A DNA stretch of 64,000 nucleotides, from positions 188,046 to 252,045 of the forward strand of contig JBAOGZ010000020.1 of assembly GCA_037046685.1 (NCBI GenBank), read 5' to 3'. How positions within the stretch are numbered: the stretch's first letter is position 1; each line of letters begins with the position of its first letter. Made by a program: the position numbers and the translations under genes. The stretch comes from Chitinophagaceae bacterium. GTDB lineage: Bacteria > Bacteroidota > Bacteroidia > Chitinophagales > Chitinophagaceae. This document shows, in pieces, positions 46,908 to 55,970 of the stretch. A model generated the notes under the pieces. It was not told the origin of the DNA. It saw only the letters and a program-made list of their open reading frames with translations, and ran no database searches.

Positions 46908-47677
46908 TGAGACTGCCTCGGGCTGTTTTTATTTTATTGAATGCAGGCATTTATTTGTCTTGCTGCACCACAACAAAAAGTACAGTTGCTACATCTGCGG
47001 CTGTACTTTTTGATTCTATAAACTATCTTACTCCCAAACAAGTACAGGATGGCTGGCAATTATTATTTGATGGAAAATCATTTAAGGGCTGGCATAAATA
47101 TGGTGGAGGTGAAGTGGGCACTGCGTGGCAGATAATAGACGGCACTATTTGCCTTGCAGGTACCGAAAAAAATGACTGGCAAATAAAAGATGGTGGAGAT
47201 ATTGTGGCAGATGAATCATTTGAGAATTTTCATTTGAAACTCGAATGGAAAATTTCAGCAGGTGGAAATAGTGGTATCCTATTTCTTGTTCAAGAAGATA
47301 AAAGAAAGTATCAATATCCCTATGAAACAGGGCCAGAGATGCAGGTACTGGATAATGAGAAACACGGGGATGGAAAAATTTTAAAGCATCGTGCAGGTGA
47401 TTTATATGATTTAATTTCTTGCTCAAAAGAATCTGTAAAACCGGTGGGTGAGTGGAACAAGGCAGAAATAAAAGTGCGAAATGGTAAAGTAGAATTTTTT
47501 CTGAATGAAGTCAGCGTTGTGAATACGACATTATGGGATGAGCACTGGCTTCAGATGATACAAAATTCCAAATGGAAAAATTATCCTGATTTTGCGAAGA
47601 ACAGAAATGGCTTTATTTCGCTTCAGGATCATGGAAATAAAGTTTGGTACCGAAATATCATGATTAAGCGGTTGTAA
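46907..47677 (+). CDS. DUF1080 (3-keto-disaccharide hydrolase family, PF06439-type) exported protein
   Basis: 256 aa with a signal/lipobox (IYLSCC). Family hallmarks are present: DGWQLLFDGKSFKGW, NSGI, the GPEMQVLDN region and ISLQDHGNKVWYRNI at the C-terminus. Its start overlaps the cytochrome c stop (TAATG). Confidence 0.8.
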   Translation: MRLPRAVFILLNAGIYLSCCTTTKSTVATSAAVLFDSINYLTPKQVQDGWQLLFDGKSFKGWHKYGGGEVGTAWQIIDGTICLAGTEKNDWQIKDGGDIVADESFENFHLKLEWKISAGGNSGILFLVQEDKRKYQYPYETGPEMQVLDNEKHGDGKILKHRAGDLYDLISCSKESVKPVGEWNKAEIKVRNGKVEFFLNEVSVVNTTLWDEHWLQMIQNSKWKNYPDFAKNRNGFISLQDHGNKVWYRNIMIKRL

Positions 47678-47696
47678 CCAACATTCAATTCAAAGA

Positions 47697-49187
47697 TTAG
47701 TCAGCAGTTGTAATTTTTAAAACGTTGGTAGGTAAATGCAGATGTACCGGTGTGCTTCCGGTGCTTACTACTACATCTCCTTTTTTAATAAAACCTCTTT
47801 CTTTTAAAATATTGATTTGGTCTGAAAATATGTCGTCCAGACTTACTTCTTCATCATAGTAAAAAGCCCTTACACCCCAGCTCAATGAAAGCTGATTGAG
47901 CAAGGATCGCTCTTTTGTAAATACATATAATTGTGAAGACGGACGATAGCTGCTAAGCATAAAACCCGTGTAGCCGCTTTGTGTCATTCCTATAATAGCA
48001 TTTGCGTTTACATCTTGTGCCAACTTGCAGGCGTTGTAGCAAATTGCATCGCTAAGAAACGATGGAGAATGTGATTGAGGTTTCAATATTTCCTCACGAT
48101 TGTAATCGTATGCTTTTGATTCTACTTCAAGAATAATGCGGGTCATCGTTTCCACCACTAGCCTGGGATAGTTGCCGGTGGCAGTTTCAGCGCTCAGCAT
48201 CAAAGCATCTGCCCCTTCAATTACAGCATTGGCCACGTCTGTTATTTCACTTCGGTTTGGCTTTGTAAGTGTAATCATGCTCTCCATCATTTGAGTAGCT
48301 ACAATAACCGGCTTTGCACGATGAAGGCATTTCTTAATGATATCTTTTTGAATAAGCGGAACCGTTTCAATGGGCAGCTCCACACCCAAATCTCCACGGG
48401 CTACCATAATGCCATCACTCTCTACAATAATGTCTCTCAGGTTTTTTAAAGCCTCCGGCATTTCAATTTTGGCAATTACTTTTATTTTCTTTCCGGCATC
48501 TTTTATTAATTGCTTTAAGTGTGTTATGTCTTCGGTTTTGCGAACAAATGATAAGGCAACCCAATCCACTTTTTCATTTAAAATAAAATCCAGATCCGCA
48601 AGATCCTTTTCTGTAAGTGATGGAAGTGAAATATTTGTATCCGGTAAATTGACTCCTTTTTTGGGAAGCAAAACACCACCCAGTACTACAGAAACCTTTA
48701 CATCATGATTATTGCAAATCTCTTTAACAACCACCTCAAGTCTTCCGTCGTCTATCAATATTTTTTCGCCTACCTGTACATCTTTATACAAATCAGGATA
48801 AGAAATATAAATTTTATTTTTGTTACCCATCACTTTTTCATTGGTAAAAGTGAGGGTGTCACCATTCTTTATTTCTAAAGAGCCACCTTCAATATCGCCA
48901 ACTCTCAGCTTGGGTCCTTGCAGGTCGGCCAGTACAGCAATATTGTAGGGCTGGTATTTGTTTATTTTATAAACGGCATCAATTATTTTCTTCTTGTCTT
49001 CATGTGTACCATGTGAAAAATTGAGGCGAAAAACATTGACCCCGGCTTTTACCAGATCAAGCAACTGCTCATAGGTATCACAAGCAGGCCCTACTGTAGC
49101 TACAATCTTTGTTTTCTTGGTGGCATGAAGTCTTCCGGCTTCTTTATCAAAATCTTTATGAAGATATTTATCAATTGATTTACTCAT
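47697..49187 (-). CDS. pyk: Pyruvate kinase
   Basis: 496 aa with motifs TKIVATVGPA, NFSHG and MVARGDLGVE. It lies 14 nt downstream of pfkA, so it is probably in the same operon. Confidence 0.95.
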   Translation of the reverse strand: MSKSIDKYLHKDFDKEAGRLHATKKTKIVATVGPACDTYEQLLDLVKAGVNVFRLNFSHGTHEDKKKIIDAVYKINKYQPYNIAVLADLQGPKLRVGDIEGGSLEIKNGDTLTFTNEKVMGNKNKIYISYPDLYKDVQVGEKILIDDGRLEVVVKEICNNHDVKVSVVLGGVLLPKKGVNLPDTNISLPSLTEKDLADLDFILNEKVDWVALSFVRKTEDITHLKQLIKDAGKKIKVIAKIEMPEALKNLRDIIVESDGIMVARGDLGVELPIETVPLIQKDIIKKCLHRAKPVIVATQMMESMITLTKPNRSEITDVANAVIEGADALMLSAETATGNYPRLVVETMTRIILEVESKAYDYNREEILKPQSHSPSFLSDAICYNACKLAQDVNANAIIGMTQSGYTGFMLSSYRPSSQLYVFTKERSLLNQLSLSWGVRAFYYDEEVSLDDIFSDQINILKERGFIKKGDVVVSTGSTPVHLHLPTNVLKITTAD

Positions 49188-49201
49188 ACTTTAATATTTG
49201 C

Positions 49202-50185
49202 TTACGAAGCAAGAATTTTTACAATGCGTAGCCATTCTTCACTAATCTTTCCTTTTTCTTTTACAGCATCGTGTAATGGGATATAGTTCATTCTGTTATT
49301 CTGAATACCAACAAAAACGTTGTATCGTCCTGTAATGAGACATTCAACTGCATGAAAACCCATTCGGCTTGCAATTACTCTGTCAATACAAGTGGGAGAG
49401 CCGCCACGTTGAATATGGCCCAATATACATACTCTCGTTTCTGCATTGGGTAACTTAGCACTTAATGCTTCTTGTATTTTATTGGCTCCTCCCGACTCAT
49501 GTCCTTCTGCTACCACAATCAGGTTTACCAGTTTTTTTCTTCTTTCTTTTTCGAGCAGCGAATTGACAATGCTGTCAATATTTGTTTTTCTTTCCGGTAT
49601 CAAAATGGTTTCGGCACCTGTTGCTATGCCACTATGCAGTGCAATATAACCAGCATCTCTGCCCATTACTTCAATAATAAATACCCGGTCATGAGCATCC
49701 ATGGTATCTCTTATTTTATCAATAGCTTCAATCGCTGTATTTACTGCTGTATCAAATCCAATAGTGAAATCGGTACCATTGATGTCTTTGTCAATAGTGC
49801 CGGCCAGTCCAATACAAGGAATGTCAAATTCTTTTGAAAAAGTATCGGCGCCTCTGAATGAACCGTCGCCACCGATAACAACTAACCCATCAATCCCCTT
49901 TTCTTTAAGATGGTTATAAGCTTTTTTTCTGCCTTCATATTCCAGAAACTCTTTGCATCGGGCTGATTTTAAAATAGTGCCACCTCTTTGAATGATATTG
50001 GCAACCGAGCGGGATTCCATTTTTACAATGTCATTTTCAATCATGCCTTGATAGCCTTTCATAATTCCAAAAACTTCAAGACCATGATAAAGCCCCGTAC
50101 GCACTACTGCTCTTATGGCGGCATTCATGCCGGGTGAGTCGCCACCGGAGGTAAGTACTCCTATCTTTGAAACTTTATTTTTCAT
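49202..50185 (-). CDS. pfkA: ATP-dependent 6-phosphofructokinase
   Basis: The ATG at 50185 gives MKNKVSKIGVLTSGGDSPGMNAAIR. Motifs GGDGS, MGR and HIQRGG are present. Confidence 0.95.
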   Translation of the reverse strand: MKNKVSKIGVLTSGGDSPGMNAAIRAVVRTGLYHGLEVFGIMKGYQGMIENDIVKMESRSVANIIQRGGTILKSARCKEFLEYEGRKKAYNHLKEKGIDGLVVIGGDGSFRGADTFSKEFDIPCIGLAGTIDKDINGTDFTIGFDTAVNTAIEAIDKIRDTMDAHDRVFIIEVMGRDAGYIALHSGIATGAETILIPERKTNIDSIVNSLLEKERRKKLVNLIVVAEGHESGGANKIQEALSAKLPNAETRVCILGHIQRGGSPTCIDRVIASRMGFHAVECLITGRYNVFVGIQNNRMNYIPLHDAVKEKGKISEEWLRIVKILAS

Positions 50186-50200
50186 TTTTTTATTAATGCG

Positions 50201-50208
50201 CAAAAATA
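50201..50208 (-). promoter_or_regulatory. -7 promoter box match on the minus strand (TATTTTTG)
   Basis: The plus-strand sequence caaaaata is the complement of TATTTTTG. It lies 15 nt upstream of the pfkA ATG (50185). Confidence 0.45.
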
Positions 50209-50508
50209 AGGCTTTACACTTGTAGTGAAGATTGAAAACAAGTAAGCACGGTAGTTTGTTTTTGTTTTGGAATTTGTTTCATCACAATGATGGATACATG
50301 ATTAATCTTTGAATGGCTTATGCAACAAAAGGAGTGAATGGAAAGGCGATTGTCAAAATTTTTTTACAAAAAAACTACATTTAGCTTGGGTCGGATGGTA
50401 TCGTTTGCATTATGAAATTTTCCTCAAAACTTGCCAAATTCCTTACTAACGCTTGATCGGTGCAAACTTTTCGTGATAAACGGTTGTCATTCTATGATTA
50501 GGGTACAA

Positions 50509-50516
50509 TATATTTG
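50509..50516 (+). promoter_or_regulatory. -7 promoter box match (TATATTTG)
   Basis: TAnnTTTG match 27 nt upstream of the ATG at 50543. Confidence 0.4.
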
Positions 50517-50542
50517 CTCACGAAAAATTAAAAAAGCTAATC

Positions 50543-51262
50543 ATGCAGAAGAATTTCTTTTTAAGAATGGCCTTAGTTGCAACATTTTTTGCAGCATTTC
50601 AATTCACTTTATTGGCGCAGCCGGGTTCAGTACCCGATCAAACAACGGGATCGGCCGAACTGAACATTAACGATCTTCCATTACGTAGTGTAAACATTCC
50701 GGCACTTACAGATGTGGGCGGTTCGATTTATCTTTCTACAGATTTTATTCCAGCTACTATCCGTTTAAAGGATGGGGGTGTTGTAAAAAATATTCCGGTA
50801 AGATTTAATATTTACAATAATGCCGTAATGGTGAGAAAAGATGGCAGCGAACAAAAGATTGACCCATTTGAAGAAATAACTTATAATGTTTATACAAACT
50901 CTGGCGAAGCCAATACATTTGTTTTCAGACAAGGATATCCTGATATTGAAAATCATAGTGCCAGCTCGGTTTATCAGGTGGTTGCTGATGGTGCAAAAGT
51001 TCAGGTATTGAAATATTTATCACAAAAAGTAGAAGATGCGCCAACACTGGGCGATTATAGTCGTAGAGAATTAGTAAAAAGTCAGCAATTGTATATCTAT
51101 ACTCCTGATGGCGAGATTAAAAAAATTATTTTGGGTAAAAAAGCAATGTCATCATTTCCTGCTGCTTTAACTGCACAGGCTGAAGAAATTGTAAAAGTCA
51201 AAAGCCTGAATTTAAAAAATGAAAGTGATTTAGTAGTATTGGCTCAAGAGTTGAACAAATAA
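50543..51262 (+). CDS. Hypothetical secreted protein
   Basis: 239 aa with a signal peptide (FAAFQFTLLAQ). I recognise no motif. A strong terminator follows. Confidence 0.6.
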   Translation: MQKNFFLRMALVATFFAAFQFTLLAQPGSVPDQTTGSAELNINDLPLRSVNIPALTDVGGSIYLSTDFIPATIRLKDGGVVKNIPVRFNIYNNAVMVRKDGSEQKIDPFEEITYNVYTNSGEANTFVFRQGYPDIENHSASSVYQVVADGAKVQVLKYLSQKVEDAPTLGDYSRRELVKSQQLYIYTPDGEIKKIILGKKAMSSFPAALTAQAEEIVKVKSLNLKNESDLVVLAQELNK

Positions 51263-51283
51263 GATTGATTGAATTTTGCAATG

Positions 51284-51313
51284 AAAGCCCTGCCGTTTGG
51301 CGGGGCTTTTTTA
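51284..51313 (+). terminator. Rho-independent terminator
   Basis: Stem aaagccctgcc / ggcggggcttt (one mismatch or G-U pair) with a short loop, followed by a T-run. Confidence 0.8.
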
Positions 51314-51316
51314 AGC

Positions 51317-51324
51317 TATTTTTG
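51317..51324 (+). promoter_or_regulatory. -7 promoter box match (TATTTTTG)
   Basis: TAnnTTTG match 5 nt upstream of the ATG at 51329. Confidence 0.35.
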
Positions 51325-51328
51325 GCAA

Positions 51329-52219
51329 ATGAAAATTTTAGTAACCGGAGCCAATGGTTTTGTTGGAAACTATCTTGTCAGGCGATTACTCCAAAATGGG
51401 CAACCTGTTGTAGCAACGGGCAAGGGCGATTGCAGACTTGAATTTGATTTGAAAGATAATTTTGAATATGTATCGCTTGATTTTACCGACATCGAACAAG
51501 TAAAGAAAGTATTTAAAGGGCATAGGCCGCAAATGGTAGTACATGCAGGTGCTATGGGCAGGCCTGATGAATGTGAAGAGAAAAGAGAATTGGCTTTCAA
51601 AATAAATGTAACCGGTACTGAAAATTTATTGCATGCTGCTGCTTCGCTTCATTCTCATTTCATTTTTTTGTCAACCGATTTTGTTTTTGCGGGCGATAAA
51701 TTAATGTACAAAGAAGAAGATAAAACCGGTCCGGTAAATTATTATGGCACTACCAAGTTGCTGGCAGAGGAGCAGGTGTTGCAATATCCATTCGACAAAA
51801 CAATTATCAGAACTATATTGGTATATGGGAAACCATTAACGGGCAGAAACAATATTCTTACTATTGTAAAAGAGAAACTGGAAAATGGCGAAACGTATCA
51901 TGTGTATGATGACCAGGTGCGAACACCCACTTATGTTGAAGATTTATGTGCAGGGATAATTGCCAGTATTGAGAAAAGGGCCACAGGAATTTTTCATATT
52001 GGTGGCAAAGACGTACTTACGCCATTTGATATGGCTTACAAAGTAGCCGAATACCTAAAGCTTGATAAATCTTTGTTGCAGAAAGTTACACGAGAAAATT
52101 TTTCGCAACCAGCCTTAAGACCCTTGCTCACCGGACTTGATATTTCTAAGGCAAGAAATGAGTTGGGTTTCAATCCCATTAGTTTTGAAGAAGGATTGAA
52201 AAAAACTTTCCACTGTTAA
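51329..52219 (+). CDS. NAD(P)-dependent SDR-family oxidoreductase (RmlD substrate-binding / dTDP-4-dehydrorhamnose reductase-like)
   Basis: The ATG at 51329 gives MKILVTGANGFVGNYL (Rossmann GxxGxxG). A catalytic YxxxK is present (YGTTKLLAE). The upstream part of the ORF-track ORF covers the terminator. Confidence 0.75.
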   Translation: MKILVTGANGFVGNYLVRRLLQNGQPVVATGKGDCRLEFDLKDNFEYVSLDFTDIEQVKKVFKGHRPQMVVHAGAMGRPDECEEKRELAFKINVTGTENLLHAAASLHSHFIFLSTDFVFAGDKLMYKEEDKTGPVNYYGTTKLLAEEQVLQYPFDKTIIRTILVYGKPLTGRNNILTIVKEKLENGETYHVYDDQVRTPTYVEDLCAGIIASIEKRATGIFHIGGKDVLTPFDMAYKVAEYLKLDKSLLQKVTRENFSQPALRPLLTGLDISKARNELGFNPISFEEGLKKTFHC

Positions 52220-52227
52220 ATAAAAGC

Positions 52228-53175
52228 TTAGCTCATCATCAATACATTCACACTGCGTTGCATAATGTTGAAGGCAATTTCCGCCATCAGATTTTCTTTG
52301 TCAAGTGTTGGGTTTACTTCGGTAATTTCAAAGCAACAGACTTTTCTGTTTTGCATAAATTTACTAATCAGGTCTTCGGCTTCTCTTTCTTTTAATCCAT
52401 TGCTCACCGGTGTGCCGGTTCCTTTAGAAATGGAGGCATCCAGGCTATCCACATCAAACGAAATATAAATGTCAGTACAATCTGATAAGTAACGCAAGAC
52501 GGCTCGTACAATATTTTCGGCTCCTTTGTTTCTTACTTCTTTTGTGGAGATCACTTTCATATCGTATTTCTCAATCAAATGTTTTTCCTCTTTTTCATAA
52601 TCTCTCAACGAAATGAAAACAATATCCTCGGGCAATACTTTAGGCGCTATTTTGCCAAAATTTTTTAAACTATCCCAATGTTTCACTGTAGTTTCATCTA
52701 CTTCGTGTACCGCACATTCCTGATTGTCTTTGTTGATGGAAATGGCCAACGGCATACCGTGTAAATTTCCGCTGGGAGTTGTGTATGGTGTATGCAAATC
52801 GGCATGTGCGTCAATCCATATTACGCCTAATTTACTTTTTGGTTTTGCCATTTTTATTCCGGCAATGGTGGCACCGGCTGTACTGTGGTCGCCGCTCAGT
52901 AATATCGGAAAAAAATTGTTTTTCATAGCATCGCAAACCGCTTTGCTCACCCGGTCGTACACGGTTACCATGCCTTTTATCCGTTTGGCATATGGCGATT
53001 CAATAGGTTCATAAAGAAGTTTATTTTCTGTTGGAATTTTTTCTGAAGGAAAATGAATAAAAAAATTGCTCATGAAATCTAATGCGGCTATTTTAATGGC
53101 ATCCACACCCATGCTTGCGCCTCGGGTGCCTGCACCTATTTCTGAAGGCACTTCAATAAGTTTAATATTTTTCAT
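52228..53175 (-). CDS. Arginase/ureohydrolase family protein (arginase or formimidoylglutamase)
   Basis: 315 aa with Mn-binding motifs SGDHS, DAHADL and SFDVDSLD. Confidence 0.8.
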   Translation of the reverse strand: MKNIKLIEVPSEIGAGTRGASMGVDAIKIAALDFMSNFFIHFPSEKIPTENKLLYEPIESPYAKRIKGMVTVYDRVSKAVCDAMKNNFFPILLSGDHSTAGATIAGIKMAKPKSKLGVIWIDAHADLHTPYTTPSGNLHGMPLAISINKDNQECAVHEVDETTVKHWDSLKNFGKIAPKVLPEDIVFISLRDYEKEEKHLIEKYDMKVISTKEVRNKGAENIVRAVLRYLSDCTDIYISFDVDSLDASISKGTGTPVSNGLKEREAEDLISKFMQNRKVCCFEITEVNPTLDKENLMAEIAFNIMQRSVNVLMMS

Positions 53176-53400
53176 CAGCTAATAATTAATCGTTGTCAAA
53201 TAGTTCAAAGAATGAAATGATCATGCTGCAATAGCCGGAATTTGCATACATTATTTTTTGTAGCGAATCAATTAGTCCGGAATATAAAAATTTACAGGCA
53301 GCAACTGGTCTGCAAATGAGCTAATGCGAATAAAATTATTGAGATGTAGTTTCATTGCTGAAATACAAATCTAATAATATTATTCCGTCCTGTCAAGGTG

Positions 53401-54186
53401 TTATTCGTGTGCTGCCAATATAGGAATATGGCTGTGATAGGCTAATCTTTTTGTATGCGTTGATTTAAAGATAGATGTAGAATTACTTTGATGTTTGGGT
53501 ACGGTAATTAGCACATCAATATTATAATCTTTGATAAAAGAATCAATGGCTTCATAAAAATCATTCATGGTAATAAAGTAAAATTCTTTTTGAAACCGAC
53601 TGAATAGTTTATTGAATTTCTCTTTTCCTGCAATGATTTCATCTGGGAGCGACACGTGTAAGTCTTTGTTCACATTTACAATATGCAACATTGGGTTAAA
53701 AATTTCTAAAACAGCTGTTATGAGTTCAGCAGGTGTAGTTTCTTCTATTCTCTTAAAATCCGATGCAAATGCCACATGATTGATGCCTTTGTAAACAGCA
53801 TCAGGAGGAATGATCATTACCGGGTAAAGATTTTTATCAATCAACCTTAATGTATTGCTGCCAAACATAGCTTGTCTGATAGCGGACTTACCGGTGATGC
53901 CCATGGTAATTAATGTAGCCCGGGTGGTATGTGCTAGTCTGGAAATATTATCAATAAGATCGCCACCCATTTCATGCACCAGCTCAATATTTTTTACTCC
54001 TGTTTTTAGAAATTCTTTTTTCAGGCTTTGTTGATAATTAATAGTGATATCGTGGTCATCGGCATTTTCATAATGGGTGTATAAAACTGCAATTGCACTT
54101 TCTTTATTTGCCAGCATTTGTGCTGCAAAACGGGCTGCGTTTAATGATGTCTCTGAAAAATCAACAGGAATGATTACTCGTTGCAT
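53401..54186 (-). CDS. Tandem universal stress protein (two UspA domains)
   Basis: 261 aa with two ~130-aa halves. Each half begins with a beta-strand plus DFS/DF motif (RVIIPVDFSETS and HVAFASDFK). The first half contains G-x2-G-x9-G-S-like ATP-binding remnants (MGITGKSAIRQAMFGSN). Confidence 0.75.
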   Translation of the reverse strand: MQRVIIPVDFSETSLNAARFAAQMLANKESAIAVLYTHYENADDHDITINYQQSLKKEFLKTGVKNIELVHEMGGDLIDNISRLAHTTRATLITMGITGKSAIRQAMFGSNTLRLIDKNLYPVMIIPPDAVYKGINHVAFASDFKRIEETTPAELITAVLEIFNPMLHIVNVNKDLHVSLPDEIIAGKEKFNKLFSRFQKEFYFITMNDFYEAIDSFIKDYNIDVLITVPKHQSNSTSIFKSTHTKRLAYHSHIPILAAHE

Positions 54187-54296
54187 GATTTAGTTTTGTT
54201 CCTGCGAATTTAATGTTTTAGAACCTTATTAAAAAACGACAAACCATTTACATGCAGGCCAAATGAAATCATGTCCCCAAGCTAATTGGACATTTT

Positions 54297-54605
54297 CTAA
54301 TAGATGGATTCAAAAGTTTCCTGTTGTTGTAAGCGGGAAAAGGCAAGTTCGCTATCGCAAATGGACTTTAGTTTTTGAATATACTCCTGAAACACAGATG
54401 AGCGAAAATGGTGATTCGCGATGGATTCTTTCTTGAAGCTTTTGATGTGCACAAATTTTCCAAATTGATGATAATCGGCATAGCATTGACTTCGCATACC
54501 ACCCGGTCCATGTTTTTGCAATGAGTTAAAATAATTGCTGATAATTTGTTGTGCGGTTGATTCCCGGCTTTGGGGGACAGAAAACGACATGATGTACCTT
54601 ACCAT
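54297..54605 (-). CDS. Small ABM-fold-like (antibiotic biosynthesis monooxygenase / Dabb superfamily) protein, tentative
   Basis: 102 aa. Size and pattern suggest a ferredoxin-like ABM domain (FVHIKSFKKESIANHHFRSSVFQEY). This is a weak motif-level call. Confidence 0.4.
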   Translation of the reverse strand: MVRYIMSFSVPQSRESTAQQIISNYFNSLQKHGPGGMRSQCYADYHQFGKFVHIKSFKKESIANHHFRSSVFQEYIQKLKSICDSELAFSRLQQQETFESIY

Positions 54606-54712
54606 AAGTTAAATAGTTTAGGTTTCAGCCGGTTTTTTTATGGCAATAAATTTATTTAAAATGCTGCATGGAGGAATCAGCGAAGACCGAATTTTGGATA
54701 AACGGCAATTTT

Positions 54713-55891
54713 TTATTTTGAGATAACCGGTTTTGCGGCCATTTTCTGTTTCAACATTCTGGCGGCCATTGTGTAGCCTCCATCTGCTCCATCAATAAAA
54801 TGAATGTGATTTTCATTCATACTGCGTACGTAGCAAGAGATTACAGATTCGCCACTGGTATAATAACCATAAAGAATTTCGTTCTGGTTTTCCAGTTCAG
54901 TCAAAGATTGAATTAACTCTTGTCTTTGAGCAACAGTGCCGGAAATGACGGTATTTATTCTGCCATCAACAACCAACGTATCGGTAAGCTGAACGAGTTG
55001 TGTTAAGTATTTTTTTCCCTGTTTTGTTTTGAAATAAAATGGCCCAAGCAGCAGTTTCAACCAGTTTGTAACAAGCCAGCCGATACGGCTTATACCAAAT
55101 TTTACTTTTGATTCATTGCTTAGTTTTTGTAATGTCGTTTTTAGTTTTAACCGTTCAACCGTTATCGGATTTCTTTTTTCAGCTTCTCCATAAGTTTGGT
55201 TGAGCAAGTCAACCACCTTTTTAAACACAGGGGCCTGATTTTGGTGATTGTTTGCAATGATCAACAGGCTTACTACTTCTTCAGACAGGGTGGGTGGCTT
55301 TATTTTATCCCACCGACACTGCATACCACTCATGTCCAAATCGTGTTGATCTGTTAATTTGTTTTCAACCAAATAATCTTCTCCTTTTATTACCTTTTCT
55401 GCATATACAATACCATCACCAATAACAATGGGAATACTAAAAAGATCAGACGATTTTAGTTTGCTGATTTTTAACTGATGTCCCTTTTCAATGATTTCTT
55501 TTACTGAAACATTACCAACACGAAGTGTGAGCCCAAAATTTTTATTTATGTTTTCACTGTGCTGCAATAGTGCTTGCATACAAAGGTCTTTGATGGTGCC
55601 CGGTACAAGGAAACTTGCCCCATCACCACCAAAGAAAAAGGGAATGGTAATTTCATGACTATATGCAATGTTTAATATGGCTACTATACTTCCGGTAGCG
55701 GCCAGGTTTACCGTTTCATGCTTTCCGGCAGCTACTGCTTCTGTTGATTTCTTTATATCGGTAATGATAACCTGCCAGTCTTCAGGCAGGGCATAAAACA
55801 AATGTGATTCCAGCAACAATTCGCTTAGTGGAATTTGATTTACCGGTAATCGGGAGTAAAAAAAATCTGATGAACTAGCAGGCAACATCAT
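54713..55891 (-). CDS. DUF3095-family protein with class-III nucleotidyl-cyclase-like motifs
   Basis: 392 aa from the ATG at 55891 (MMLPASSSDFFYSRLP). The segment VIITDIKKST resembles the first metal-Asp motif of class III cyclases (F.DI.GFT). PFFFGGDGASFLV resembles the second (IGD...). The longer ORF-track version overlaps the upstream gene. Confidence 0.7.
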   Translation of the reverse strand: MMLPASSSDFFYSRLPVNQIPLSELLLESHLFYALPEDWQVIITDIKKSTEAVAAGKHETVNLAATGSIVAILNIAYSHEITIPFFFGGDGASFLVPGTIKDLCMQALLQHSENINKNFGLTLRVGNVSVKEIIEKGHQLKISKLKSSDLFSIPIVIGDGIVYAEKVIKGEDYLVENKLTDQHDLDMSGMQCRWDKIKPPTLSEEVVSLLIIANNHQNQAPVFKKVVDLLNQTYGEAEKRNPITVERLKLKTTLQKLSNESKVKFGISRIGWLVTNWLKLLLGPFYFKTKQGKKYLTQLVQLTDTLVVDGRINTVISGTVAQRQELIQSLTELENQNEILYGYYTSGESVISCYVRSMNENHIHFIDGADGGYTMAARMLKQKMAAKPVISK

Positions 55892-55970
55892 ACAATCAAT
55901 AACGAAAGATAAATATTTTTCGTTGATGTAATATGAAATGCAGTATCTAATTGACTGGAAGCTTCTAAAT

